Shown here: in pieces, positions 35,536-44,748 of the stretch | How positions within the stretch are numbered: the stretch's first letter is position 1 | How the letters are laid out: the number at the start of each line of letters is the position of its first letter | Assembly: GCA_965227045.1 (NCBI GenBank) | Contig: OZ245718.1 | Location: 983,528 to 1,047,527, forward strand | Direction of reading: 5' to 3' | Length of the DNA stretch: 64,000 bases | From: Actinomycetes bacterium | GTDB lineage: Bacteria; Actinomycetota; Actinomycetes; S36-B12 | Made by a program: the position numbers and the translations under genes | Notes under the pieces: generated by a model | What the model saw: only the letters and a program-made list of their open reading frames with translations | The model's database searches: none | What the model was told of the DNA's origin: nothing

Positions 35536-37379
35536 CGGCCGATCTTAGGTGCGGTTGACGTCAGCGAATGAGGGGTTAGCAGATTGAAGATGGGCGCACC
35601 CAATCCGCTCGCGGCGTCGAATCCGGACTGCGCCTGGCAGCATGCCGGGGCATTCAGCGAGCTCTCCGCGTACACGAGTGGGTACTGGTTGCTGCCGACC
35701 GTCACGTCGTAGATCGACCCGTCGTGGAATCGCGCAGTGCGATACAACCACGGATTCACGAAGCCGAGCGGCGCGTATCCCTTCGCGCGCATCTGCGAAG
35801 ACATCATCGCGAAGCCCGTCGCGACGAGCGGGCTCGCCTGGCTGGTGCCACCGGTCGGTCCCACCGGCTGTCCGCCAAAGTAGATCGTGGTTCCCGGTCC
35901 GGCTCCTGCCTGCGCGGCGATGTCTGGCACGCTGCGCACGTCCGAGCCGGTGATGGGGCGCTGGTACCACGGCGCATCGAAGACCGCGCTCGGTCCGCCG
36001 GTGCCCACCGCGTTGCCGCTCAGGCCGTACTGCAGGTCGTTCCACACCGACTCGCCAATGCGGGCATTCTCCGCACCGAGGTTCAACTGCGTTCCGCCGA
36101 CGGCGGTGATGAAGGGCGATGAGCCCGGGTACTGCACTGTCGGACGCGGATTGCTGGGATCCCCGCCCGTGGTCTGGCAGGCCGACGACCCGCGGTCACC
36201 GGATGCGACGAATGACGACGTGCCGACGAGCGCCGCGTACTGCAGGAGGGATTCGACTGTCGACAGCGAGCCGGCGCCAGCCTCGGGTGCCAACTCGCAC
36301 GTGCCCCACGAGTTGGTGATCGCGTCCGGCGGCGTGGGCCATGCGGTCAGGGCGAGCGCGTATGCCTCGATGAACGACGGCGTGGAGTTCACGACCTGGA
36401 CGAAGCGCAGCGACTTCAGGTTCTGAGCTGCCCAGGAGACGGTCTGCAGGTCAAGCGCGCTCTCCCCGGACAGCGACACGATCGGGGTGTCGATCCCCAG
36501 TCCGGTCTTGACGTCGACGACCGGCGCCGTGTGCCCGAAGCACGCGGCAGCCGCGTCGACATCGCTCTGTGCGAACCCGCCGCCGAGGCTCAGCACTGCG
36601 ATTCGTGGCTGCACGCCCTTCGCGATTGCGTTCTGCAGCGGAGCAAGTCCATAGGCCTGGCTGAGCTGGAAGGGCGTGAAGGTCCTGGCGGCGAGGTCTC
36701 CCGTCTGGCACGTCTGGCCAAGCGGGGTTCCCTCGTTGGTCGGCGCTACGGCGTCACCGAGGCCGGGATAGATCAACTCCCGAGTCTGCTTCGACATCAC
36801 AGCCCCGGCGACATCAAGGCTCGCGACGTATTGGGAGAACAGGGGCAGGAACCACGTCGTCTTGGACTTCAGCGCTGCCGGCAGCGGCGCATAGTCCTCA
36901 CCGGTTGAGTCCAAGAATGCGTAGAGGTTGAAGGGCGGTGCATCGGGATCCTGTGCCGAACCGGGCTCGGCCGCCCGGAACTGCGCCGGCGCGCCCAAGG
37001 CGGTCTGCCACGATGCGACCGTTCCGCTCACACGCGCGAAGAGCCTCGTGGCGTCGATGCGAGCCGTGAGGCCAAGATGCTGGGCGGCAGCCTTGAGCGC
37101 GCTCTCCGCCTGAGCGGTCGCGCCGAACGAGTGCGCGACCTGCTTGACGGTCGAGTAGCGCCGGAACTCAGCTGTCCCCGGCGAGCTGACCGCCTGCGCA
37201 GCGGCCTCGAGAGCCTTCTCGCGGTAGGGAAGCCCGACAAGGAAGGTGACGACCGCATTGGGGTCCGCGGGCGCGGGCGCATCCGCTGCCATCGCCGTTC
37301 CCGATACGCCGCCGAACGCACCCAGTGCGAGAGCGGCGGTGGCCACCATGCCGATAAGTCCTCGTGAAGTTCGCGTCAT
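35532..37379 (-). CDS. Secreted S53-family serine-carboxyl peptidase (sedolisin/kumamolisin-like) with pro-domain
   Basis: 615 aa with a signal peptide. An N-terminal pro-kumamolisin-type activation region is present, and the catalytic serine lies in the context GGTSQASPLVATG. Confidence 0.8.
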   Translation of the reverse strand: MTRTSRGLIGMVATAALALGAFGGVSGTAMAADAPAPADPNAVVTFLVGLPYREKALEAAAQAVSSPGTAEFRRYSTVKQVAHSFGATAQAESALKAAAQHLGLTARIDATRLFARVSGTVASWQTALGAPAQFRAAEPGSAQDPDAPPFNLYAFLDSTGEDYAPLPAALKSKTTWFLPLFSQYVASLDVAGAVMSKQTRELIYPGLGDAVAPTNEGTPLGQTCQTGDLAARTFTPFQLSQAYGLAPLQNAIAKGVQPRIAVLSLGGGFAQSDVDAAAACFGHTAPVVDVKTGLGIDTPIVSLSGESALDLQTVSWAAQNLKSLRFVQVVNSTPSFIEAYALALTAWPTPPDAITNSWGTCELAPEAGAGSLSTVESLLQYAALVGTSSFVASGDRGSSACQTTGGDPSNPRPTVQYPGSSPFITAVGGTQLNLGAENARIGESVWNDLQYGLSGNAVGTGGPSAVFDAPWYQRPITGSDVRSVPDIAAQAGAGPGTTIYFGGQPVGPTGGTSQASPLVATGFAMMSSQMRAKGYAPLGFVNPWLYRTARFHDGSIYDVTVGSNQYPLVYAESSLNAPACCQAQSGFDAASGLGAPIFNLLTPHSLTSTAPKIGR

Positions 37380-37462
37380 CTGAAAACGCTACCAGCGCCG
37401 ATCACGCGCAGTGGACCACGACCATCGCGGATACGATCGCGGTCGTGACGCCCGACGAGCTG

Positions 37463-38011
37463 ATGGCTGAGGCCTGCCGCCTAGGCGAGCAATCCGCGCG
37501 AAGTGGCTGGGGCGGACCATTCGGAGCGGTGATTGCCAGCGACGGAGCGATTGTCGCGAGGGGTCAGAACGTCGTCCTCCTCACAGGCGACATCACCGCG
37601 CACGGCGAGATCAGCGCGATCCGGAAGGCAGTTTCGGTACTCAACCCGTATGCACCCTCGATCGCGGAGTCAGAGCGGAACCACTCAACGCTGGCTCTGG
37701 TGCCCAAGGAACCCGGCTCCGATGACGTCGTACCCGCACGCTCACGGATGCTCCTCGGGATGGAGCTGTACACGAGCGGATTCCCCTGCCCGATGTGCAT
37801 GGGCGCGATCTACTGGGCGCGCATCGGCAAGGTCTACTTCGCCTGCAGCGCCGAGGACACTCGCGAGATCGGCTTTGACGATGCGTTCCAGTACGAGGAC
37901 TTCGCACGGCCGCTCCACGATCGCCGAATCCCGATCGAGCAGCTCGGGCGCGAGGACGGCCTCGCTGCCTACCGCGCCTGGTCCTCGAAGCCCGACCGGC
38001 ATCCCTACTAG
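37463..38011 (+). CDS. CDA-fold nucleoside/guanine deaminase
   Basis: Zinc motifs HGEISAIR (HxE) and PCPMCMGAIYW (PCxxC) are present. The C-terminal IGFDDAFQYEDF resembles the guanine deaminase tail. The start is uncertain because the ORF is open from 37364. Confidence 0.75.
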   Translation: MAEACRLGEQSARSGWGGPFGAVIASDGAIVARGQNVVLLTGDITAHGEISAIRKAVSVLNPYAPSIAESERNHSTLALVPKEPGSDDVVPARSRMLLGMELYTSGFPCPMCMGAIYWARIGKVYFACSAEDTREIGFDDAFQYEDFARPLHDRRIPIEQLGREDGLAAYRAWSSKPDRHPY

Positions 38012-38037
38012 CCGCGCGAGCGATCCGGAGAACTGAC

Positions 38038-38511
38038 GTGTGCTCGAGTTGTCTCATGGGTGACGCGGCGCTGCCTACGCACTGGCGTCTGGTCGCGCCC
38101 CGCCTGCCCGATGAAGCAGATCAGACGCACGTGCGGCGCGAACTGCGGCGCATCGGCGCCGTGACGATCGGCGACGATGTCTGGGCGGTTCCCGAGGCCT
38201 CGGCGTTCCTGGCTGGCGTCGATCGCGTGCGCGAACTCGTCGATGCGGCCGGCGGGACCCTCATGCGGGTTGACGCCGAGCCGCAGGATCCCCGCGAGCG
38301 GATGACAGCGATGACCGCGTTCAACGCTGCGCGCGCCGCGGAGTGGACTGAGCTGAGGTCTGAGTGCGAGAGGTTCGACGGAACGCCTGAGGACCTGGCC
38401 CGCCTGCGACGCCGGGCTCATGAGATCCAGGCACTCGACATCTTCTCGGTGCCGGAGGCGGAGGTCGCCGATCGTGACCTCCGGGCGTGCGCCGCGGCCC
38501 TCGCGGGCTAG
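38038..38511 (+). CDS. ChrB N-terminal-domain-like protein (orphan, no chrA nearby)
   Basis: HWRLVAPRLPDEADQTHVRRELRRIGAVTIGDDVWAVPEASAF resembles the ChrB N-terminal domain as I recall it. Confidence 0.5.
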   Translation: MCSSCLMGDAALPTHWRLVAPRLPDEADQTHVRRELRRIGAVTIGDDVWAVPEASAFLAGVDRVRELVDAAGGTLMRVDAEPQDPRERMTAMTAFNAARAAEWTELRSECERFDGTPEDLARLRRRAHEIQALDIFSVPEAEVADRDLRACAAALAG

Positions 38512-38530
38512 GCGACCGGGCCGCGGTTTG

Positions 38531-38603
38531 CTCCCCCATCTGGACTCGAACCAGAAACCCTTCGATTAACAGTCGAATGCTCTGCCAATTGAGCTATGGG
38601 GGA
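38531..38603 (-). tRNA. tRNA-Asn (anticodon GTT)
   Basis: 73-nt cloverleaf folded by hand: acceptor TCCCCCA/TGGGGGA, anticodon stem TTCGA/TCGAA with loop CTGTTAA, T arm TCTGG-TTCGAGT-CCAGA. Confidence 0.9.
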
Positions 38604-38651
38604 CTGTTGCCAGCATGACCGGCCCCGGAACAATATCAAGGCCTGCCGGAC

Positions 38652-39158
38652 TCAGATTCCTAGGGCGTCGCGAAGGCGGTCCAGCGCCTCGTCAACCGTG
38701 TCGCGAAGGCCCGGGTCCGCGGGATCCAGGCCGGCGTCGAACACCACTGACCAATGGATGGATCCGTCGTCACTGTCTCGCCGGGCGACCATCCGTGCCC
38801 CCGCGGTGGGGGTCAGTTCGACCCACTCGCTGACGACCACGCTGTCGGTGACCCGGTCGTGGACGGCGGCGGGCAGATCGCGCGCATCGTCGAGCTCGAC
38901 CCGGAAGCTCCGGGCCCCCGGACCGTCGAGGAGAACTTCGAGCACCGGGTCGTCCCACGAGGCCTTGCTCACCTCGTGCCACGGAATTCGGACCGACTGG
39001 AGGTACAGCGCGCGGGCGGTCGCGATCACATAGGTCGCTGGCTGCTCATCCGTCGCCGAGCGTGCACCCCAGGACACCACCTTCTCCCCCGGCAGCACAC
39101 CGAGATCCGTGGCGACTCCGGCCGGCAGCCGCTGCGGCAGGCCACGCATGAGCCGCAT
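38652..39158 (-). CDS. Hypothetical protein downstream of dnaG
   Basis: 168 aa from ATG 39158, which overlaps the dnaG stop by 1 nt (TGATG). I recognise no family. The longer ORF extension is rejected. Confidence 0.55.
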   Translation of the reverse strand: MRLMRGLPQRLPAGVATDLGVLPGEKVVSWGARSATDEQPATYVIATARALYLQSVRIPWHEVSKASWDDPVLEVLLDGPGARSFRVELDDARDLPAAVHDRVTDSVVVSEWVELTPTAGARMVARRDSDDGSIHWSVVFDAGLDPADPGLRDTVDEALDRLRDALGI

Positions 39159-41041
39159 CAGCCGACCTCGCCGAGAGACTCCTGGCGCAGCGAGCGCCGG
39201 TACTCCTCGAGCGCCATGAGGTCCTCGAAGCAGCGCTGGTAGTCCTGCGGCTGCTCGACCGGGTCGATCCGCTGGAGGCGACCGCGCAGGTCGGTGATGC
39301 GCCGGGACGCGTCGAGCTCGAGCAGCCGGGAGATGACACCGATGGCGTAGCGCACGTCCTGTCCGAACTCGGCAGGCAGCGGCTCCACCGCGAGCTCGCG
39401 AATGAGGCGACGAACCGAGTCGTCCTCGGCATTGGCAAGCACGGCGTCGATCCACGGCAGCCCGCTGATCTCGGCAGAGGGGAAGCCCGCTCCGGCAATG
39501 GCGGAGTGCACCTGACGAGCGCTGGGATGCGTGAACGCCGACTCCTCGACGCTCTCGTACCAGTGCGCGACTGTTGCGGGCTCCTGCAGCGCGCACTTCA
39601 GCGCCTCGCGCTCGACGATGAGCGCAGGATCACGACGCTGCCCCGTCTGAGATCGCGGCATGGGTGCAGCGGGCGGGGCCGACGGTTGCTCGCGTCGCGG
39701 CGGCTGCCTCTGCTCGGCGCGTCCGCCGTCAGCAACCGCGCGGGCGACCGTTTCGACGTCGATGCCGAGCCAGCCGGCCAGCCGGCGCGTGTACTCCGGG
39801 CGCAGCGCCGCGTCGCGGATCTTGGCGACTACTGGTGCCGCCTCGCGGAGCGCGGCCACGCGGCCCTCAGCGCTCTCCAGGTCGTACCCGGCGAGGGTGG
39901 AGCGGATCGCGAACTCGAAGAGCGGAACGCGACGATCGACCAGTGCCTGCACCGCGGCATCGCCGTGCTGCAGTCGCAGGTCGCACGGATCAAGACCCGT
40001 GGGCTCCACGGCGACGAACGTCTGAGTGACGAACTTCTGGTCCTCCTCGAACGCTCGCAACGCCGCCTTCTGGCCGGCCGCATCGCCGTCGAAGGTGAAG
40101 ATCACGTTGCCCTTCATCTGGTCGTCGTCCATCAGCAGGCGGCGCAGCACCTTGATGTGCTCGGTGCCGAACGAGGTGCCACACGTGGCCACGGCGGTGG
40201 TGACGCCAGCCAGGTGACAGGCCATGACGTCGGTGTAGCCCTCAACGATGACGGCCTGCTGGTTCTTGGAGATCTCGCGACGACTCAGGTCGATGCCGTA
40301 TAGCACCTGGCTCTTCTTGTAGATCGGCGACTCCGGGGTGTTGAGGTACTTCGGGCCGTCGTCATCGTCGAACAGCTTTCGCGCACCGAAGCCGATGACG
40401 TCTCCGCCCAGATCGCGGATCGGCCAGACCAGGCGGCCGCGGAAGCGGTCGTAGACACCGCGATTGCCCTGGCTCACCAGCCCCCCGGCCATCAACTCGG
40501 CGTCGGTGAAGGACTTCTTACGCAGGTGATTGGTGAGGGCATCCCAGGACTTCGGTGCAAAGCCCACGCCGAAGTGCGCCGCCGCTGCCGCGTCGAATCC
40601 CCGGGAATCGAGGAAGTCGCGGCCGATCTTGGCCTCGGCGGTCGACAGTTGCTCGACGTAGAAGGCGGCCGCGGCCTTGTGGGCTTCGACGAGGCGCGTG
40701 CGCTGGCCCTGCTGGCGATTGATCGCCGACCCGCCATCGACGTACCGCAGTTCGACGCCGGTGCGCTCGGCCAGCTTCTCGACGGACTCGGCGAAGCTGA
40801 GGTGGTCGATCTTCTGCAGGAAGGTCAGGACGTCGCCGCCCTCACCGCAGCCGAAGCAGTAGAACATTCCGCGGCTGGCCGTGACGTGGAAGCTCGGGGA
40901 ACGCTCCTCGTGGAAGGGGCACAGGCCCTTCAGCGACCCGCCGCCGGCGGGCTTGAGGGACACGTACTCACGGACGACGTCGTCGATCCTGGCGCGCTCG
41001 CGGACGAGGGCAATGTCCTCGTCGCGAATCCGTCCAGCCAT
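39158..41041 (-). CDS. dnaG: DNA primase
   Basis: Zinc finger CPFHEERSPSFHV...CFGCGEGGD is present, with a TOPRIM domain (EGYTDV). ATG 41041 gives the canonical MAGRIRDEDIA N-terminus. The ORF is open to 41068. Confidence 0.95.
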   Translation of the reverse strand: MAGRIRDEDIALVRERARIDDVVREYVSLKPAGGGSLKGLCPFHEERSPSFHVTASRGMFYCFGCGEGGDVLTFLQKIDHLSFAESVEKLAERTGVELRYVDGGSAINRQQGQRTRLVEAHKAAAAFYVEQLSTAEAKIGRDFLDSRGFDAAAAAHFGVGFAPKSWDALTNHLRKKSFTDAELMAGGLVSQGNRGVYDRFRGRLVWPIRDLGGDVIGFGARKLFDDDDGPKYLNTPESPIYKKSQVLYGIDLSRREISKNQQAVIVEGYTDVMACHLAGVTTAVATCGTSFGTEHIKVLRRLLMDDDQMKGNVIFTFDGDAAGQKAALRAFEEDQKFVTQTFVAVEPTGLDPCDLRLQHGDAAVQALVDRRVPLFEFAIRSTLAGYDLESAEGRVAALREAAPVVAKIRDAALRPEYTRRLAGWLGIDVETVARAVADGGRAEQRQPPRREQPSAPPAAPMPRSQTGQRRDPALIVEREALKCALQEPATVAHWYESVEESAFTHPSARQVHSAIAGAGFPSAEISGLPWIDAVLANAEDDSVRRLIRELAVEPLPAEFGQDVRYAIGVISRLLELDASRRITDLRGRLQRIDPVEQPQDYQRCFEDLMALEEYRRSLRQESLGEVG

Positions 41042-41082
41042 ATGGGGAGTGTAGGTGGGCTGGGCCACCCGGCCACGAGAAG

Positions 41083-42297
41083 ATGGGCGCTGTGAGCCAT
41101 CCCCTCGACCTCGACCTCCTGCGGGCTGAGACCCCGGGCAGCAGCCAGGTCAATCACCTGAACAACGCCGGCGCCGCCCTCCAGCCGTCCGTCGTGACCG
41201 ATGCGGTCATCGATCACATCGACCGGGAGTCGCTCGTCGGCGGCTACGAGGCACAGGCCGAGGCGAGCGACCGCCTCGGCGGCGTCTACACCTCGATCGG
41301 GGCCCTGCTGGCCTGCGACCCCAGCCAGGTTGCGCTCGTCGAGTCCGCCTCCGAGGGCTGGAGCCGGGCCTTCCAGGCGATCGAGTTCACTCGCCCCTTC
41401 ACGTCGCGCGATCGCATCCTGGTCGCTGCCTCGGAGTACGCGTCCAATGTGCTCCCGATCATGCAGGTCGCCAACCGAACCGGGGCGCGGCTGGAGTTCA
41501 TTCCCGACGACGAGGCCGGCACGATCGACGTCGCAGCCTTCGCCGCAATGCTCGACGACGATGTCGCGATGGTCGCGATCACGCACTGCCCCTCGCAGAA
41601 CGGACTCGTCAACGACGTCGCAGGCATCGGGGCCGCTTTGGCGGGCTCCGACGCCTGGTACGTGGTCGACGGCTGTCAGTCGGTCGGCCAGATCCCGGTA
41701 GACGTGACCGCTATGCGTGCGGACTTCTTCTCCGCGACCGGACGCAAGTGGCTGCGCGGACCGCGCGGCACGGGCTTCCTCTACGCATCCGACCGCGCGC
41801 TCAGCGAACTGGAGCCGTTCCCCCTCGACCTGCACTCAGCGACGTGGCAGATCGACGGCTACGAGATTCAGCCGGGCGGGCGACGCTTCGAGTACTGGGA
41901 GAAGTCGTACGCCGCAGTCCTGGGCCTCGGCGCGGCAGTCGACTACGCCCTGTACTGGGGCATCGACGTGCTCGGTGCTCGCATCGCCGAACTCTCCTCC
42001 CGCGCTCGCCATGGCCTCGGCGAGATCGACGGCGTGATGGTGCGCGATCGCGGTCATCAGCAGACGGGCATCGTGACGTTCACCCACGATCAGATCCCCG
42101 CGCGCGATCTCGTCACGGCAATCAAGTCCGCGGGTATCAATGTCAGCCTCTCCACTCCGGACTACGCGCGTCACGACTTCACGAATCAAGGAGTCGAGGG
42201 TCTCGTGCGCGTCAGTCCGCACGCGTACAACACCGAGGCGGAGATCGACGAACTGGTGACCACCGTGTCCGCCATCACGACAGGAGACTCCGCATGA
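41083..42297 (+). CDS. Class V aminotransferase-fold PLP enzyme (cysteine desulfurase/selenocysteine lyase-like)
   Basis: 404 aa. The FFSATGRKWLRGPRGTGFLY context contains the PLP lysine motif typical of class V enzymes. Confidence 0.8.
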   Translation: MGAVSHPLDLDLLRAETPGSSQVNHLNNAGAALQPSVVTDAVIDHIDRESLVGGYEAQAEASDRLGGVYTSIGALLACDPSQVALVESASEGWSRAFQAIEFTRPFTSRDRILVAASEYASNVLPIMQVANRTGARLEFIPDDEAGTIDVAAFAAMLDDDVAMVAITHCPSQNGLVNDVAGIGAALAGSDAWYVVDGCQSVGQIPVDVTAMRADFFSATGRKWLRGPRGTGFLYASDRALSELEPFPLDLHSATWQIDGYEIQPGGRRFEYWEKSYAAVLGLGAAVDYALYWGIDVLGARIAELSSRARHGLGEIDGVMVRDRGHQQTGIVTFTHDQIPARDLVTAIKSAGINVSLSTPDYARHDFTNQGVEGLVRVSPHAYNTEAEIDELVTTVSAITTGDSA

Positions 42298-42755
42298 CCG
42301 CTACCGAGTTCCTCGAGCCGCTGGTCGGCAACTGGCGGGGCGTCAATCTCCTTCGGCTGATGCCCACCGACGCCTACACCGAGTCCGCCGCCACCGCGTC
42401 AGTGCGCGTCGTCGCCGGCACCTACGCCTGTGTTGAGTACACGTGGTTCGACGGCGACGCCCCGCAAAGCGGAATTCTGCTCATCTCGTCGGTGGAGAAC
42501 GAGCTGACGGCCGTATGGGCCGACTCCTGGCACTCGTCCCCCTCCTGGCTGAGCATGACGGGGTCGGTCGGGCAGGACCGACTGGTGCTCACCGGCTACT
42601 ACCCGGCCCCGCCAGGGCCGGACTGGGGCTGGCAGATCCACCTGGAGCAGGACCCTCGGCGGCTCACCATGCACAACCTCATGCCCGGCGAGGACGCGTA
42701 CCAGGTGGTCGAACTGACCCTTGAGGCGGCCCGCGCTAGGTCATCGGCCAGCTAG
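42294..42755 (+). CDS. Small beta-rich protein, DUF1579-like (family name low confidence)
   Basis: 153 aa. The ATG overlaps the preceding stop (ATGA). LVGNWRGVNLL lies near the N-terminus. Confidence 0.55.
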   Translation: MTATEFLEPLVGNWRGVNLLRLMPTDAYTESAATASVRVVAGTYACVEYTWFDGDAPQSGILLISSVENELTAVWADSWHSSPSWLSMTGSVGQDRLVLTGYYPAPPGPDWGWQIHLEQDPRRLTMHNLMPGEDAYQVVELTLEAARARSSAS

Positions 42756-43990
42756 TTCACCAGGCGGCGGTGCCACGCGACGATGCTGACATCGGTGAGA
42801 CTGGCCACCTGGTCGATGATCACGCGCAGTCGCTCGCCATCGGACGTCGCTGACGCGAAGGCCGACGTCAGCCACGGCTCCAGTGACTTCCCGCCCTCGA
42901 GCCAGAGCGCGGTGACAAGCTCGCTGACGATGTCGCGCTGTCGTGAGTATTCGACCTCGGCACCCGCACGATTCATCACGTAGGCGACCGCGACGGCCTT
43001 CATCACCGACACCTCGGACCGGACCTCGTCTGGCACTACGAGTTCGGCGCCGTACCGAGTGTGCGGTCCCGGGCCGTAAGCCACCTGCGTGGCGACCTGG
43101 GCGGCCGAGCAGAAGCGACCGATGAGATAACTGGTGAATCTCTTGAGCGCGACGAGATCGGTCATCGATCCGTCGAAGCTCGTGGGCCAGTACTCGAGCG
43201 CGGTGATCCGATCCAGCGCCTCCTCCAGACCGGCGCGGCCGGCGGGCACCTCGAATCGTTCGAGCGCGATGTCGATGAGGCCCTCGCGATCGGTGCGTGA
43301 GGAGAACGCGTCGATCGTCACGAGACCGGTGTGCACCGCGTCCTCGAGATCGTGGACCGAATAGGCCACGTCGTCCGACCAGTCCATCACCTGCTCCTCG
43401 ATGCAGGTCCGCTCCCCCACAGCGCCTTCGCGCAGCCAGGTGAAGACGGGAAGGTCGTCCTCGTACACGCCGAACTTGCGCAAGCCCGCCTTTCGACTCC
43501 AGGGGTACTTGCAGGCGGCGTCGAGCGACGCGCGGCTGAGGTTCAGCCCGACGCTGTCGCCGGTGTCGGGATCGACCACCTTGGCCTCGAGCCGGCTGAG
43601 AATCCGCAGAGATTGAGCGTTCCCCTCGAACCCGCCAATGCGCTCGGCCAGCTCGTCGAGTGCGTCCTCGCCGTTGTGACCGAACGGCGGGTGACCCAGG
43701 TCGTGGGCCAGGCCCGCGACCTCGACGACATCGGCGTCGCACCCCAGCGCATCGCCGAGTTCGCGCGCGATCTGCGCGACCTCCAGCGTGTGGGTGAGCC
43801 GCGTGCGCGGGAAGTCGGCCTCGCCCGCGAGCATCACCTGGGTCTTCGCCGCCAGCCTGCGCAGGGCCGACGAGTGCAGCACTCGCGCGCGGTCACGGGC
43901 GAATGCGCTGCGAACGGACTCCTTGACAGGTTCGACGACCAGCCGGGCCGTATCGTGCTCGTCGTATCCGGAAGGCGGGACCGAGCTCAC
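42752..43990 (-). CDS. dgt: dGTP triphosphohydrolase-like HD-domain protein
   Basis: 412 aa. HSSALRRLAAKTQV, RLTHTLEVAQIAR and the HDLGHPPFGH HD motif are present. It is adjacent to dnaG, as in other actinobacteria. Confidence 0.9.
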   Translation of the reverse strand: MSSVPPSGYDEHDTARLVVEPVKESVRSAFARDRARVLHSSALRRLAAKTQVMLAGEADFPRTRLTHTLEVAQIARELGDALGCDADVVEVAGLAHDLGHPPFGHNGEDALDELAERIGGFEGNAQSLRILSRLEAKVVDPDTGDSVGLNLSRASLDAACKYPWSRKAGLRKFGVYEDDLPVFTWLREGAVGERTCIEEQVMDWSDDVAYSVHDLEDAVHTGLVTIDAFSSRTDREGLIDIALERFEVPAGRAGLEEALDRITALEYWPTSFDGSMTDLVALKRFTSYLIGRFCSAAQVATQVAYGPGPHTRYGAELVVPDEVRSEVSVMKAVAVAYVMNRAGAEVEYSRQRDIVSELVTALWLEGGKSLEPWLTSAFASATSDGERLRVIIDQVASLTDVSIVAWHRRLVN

Positions 43991-44748
43991 GCCGCCGAGA
44001 CTAGCGCCGCGTCCGCGAGGCGGCTTCCGTCGGACCGGATCGCGATCGAGCGGTAGCCGTCATGCGCGGCGACCCACGCCAATCCCGGCTCCCCCATGGC
44101 AAATCCGATGGTCGCGTAGGCGTCCGCCTCGGAGATGTCCGGACCGATGACGGTGAACGACAGCAGTCCAGCCCGCGCCGGGCCACGGCCGTTCCAGATG
44201 TGGTCCCCGCGCTCGGCGGTTCCCGAGGTCGCGACGGCCAGGTCCGACGCCTCGACAAGCGCAGCAACACCGTGCCCGCGAAGCGGGTCGGCCACGGCGA
44301 CGCGCCACGGCCGCGACTGATCGGGTCGGCCAGCGCAGTACGTATCGCCGCCGACACAGATCATGAAGTTCGAGATGTCGGCGCGAACCAGGCTCGTTGC
44401 GGCACGTCTCATCGCGAACCCCTTGACGTATCCGGCGGTGTCGACCCGACCGGTCGTCGCGTTCTTGATGGTGAACACGCCCTCCGATTCCTCGTTCAGA
44501 CGACCGCACGCACGAAGGACGTGATCAAAGTCGGCAAGCGCATCCGGCGACACCGAGCCTCCGGACAACCACGTGCTGATCTCGCTGTGGACCGTGTAAT
44601 GGCTGAATCGTCGGTCCAGCACCTCGAGGTCGCGCCGCGCCGTGTGCAACGCCGCCGCCACCACGGGATCGCCCAGTCGAGCATCGTCCGAGGGTGCCAC
44701 GAGGATCGAGGCCATCGTCCCCATCACCGGGAACACCGCCCGGGTCAC
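43987..44748 (-). CDS. apbE: FAD:protein FMN transferase (ApbE family)
   Basis: 253 aa from GTG 44748 (GTGA overlap with the upstream stop). FPVMGTMASI...DRRFSHYTVHSEIS...GYVKGFA is typical of ApbE. Confidence 0.8.
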   Translation of the reverse strand: MTRAVFPVMGTMASILVAPSDDARLGDPVVAAALHTARRDLEVLDRRFSHYTVHSEISTWLSGGSVSPDALADFDHVLRACGRLNEESEGVFTIKNATTGRVDTAGYVKGFAMRRAATSLVRADISNFMICVGGDTYCAGRPDQSRPWRVAVADPLRGHGVAALVEASDLAVATSGTAERGDHIWNGRGPARAGLLSFTVIGPDISEADAYATIGFAMGEPGLAWVAAHDGYRSIAIRSDGSRLADAALVSAA

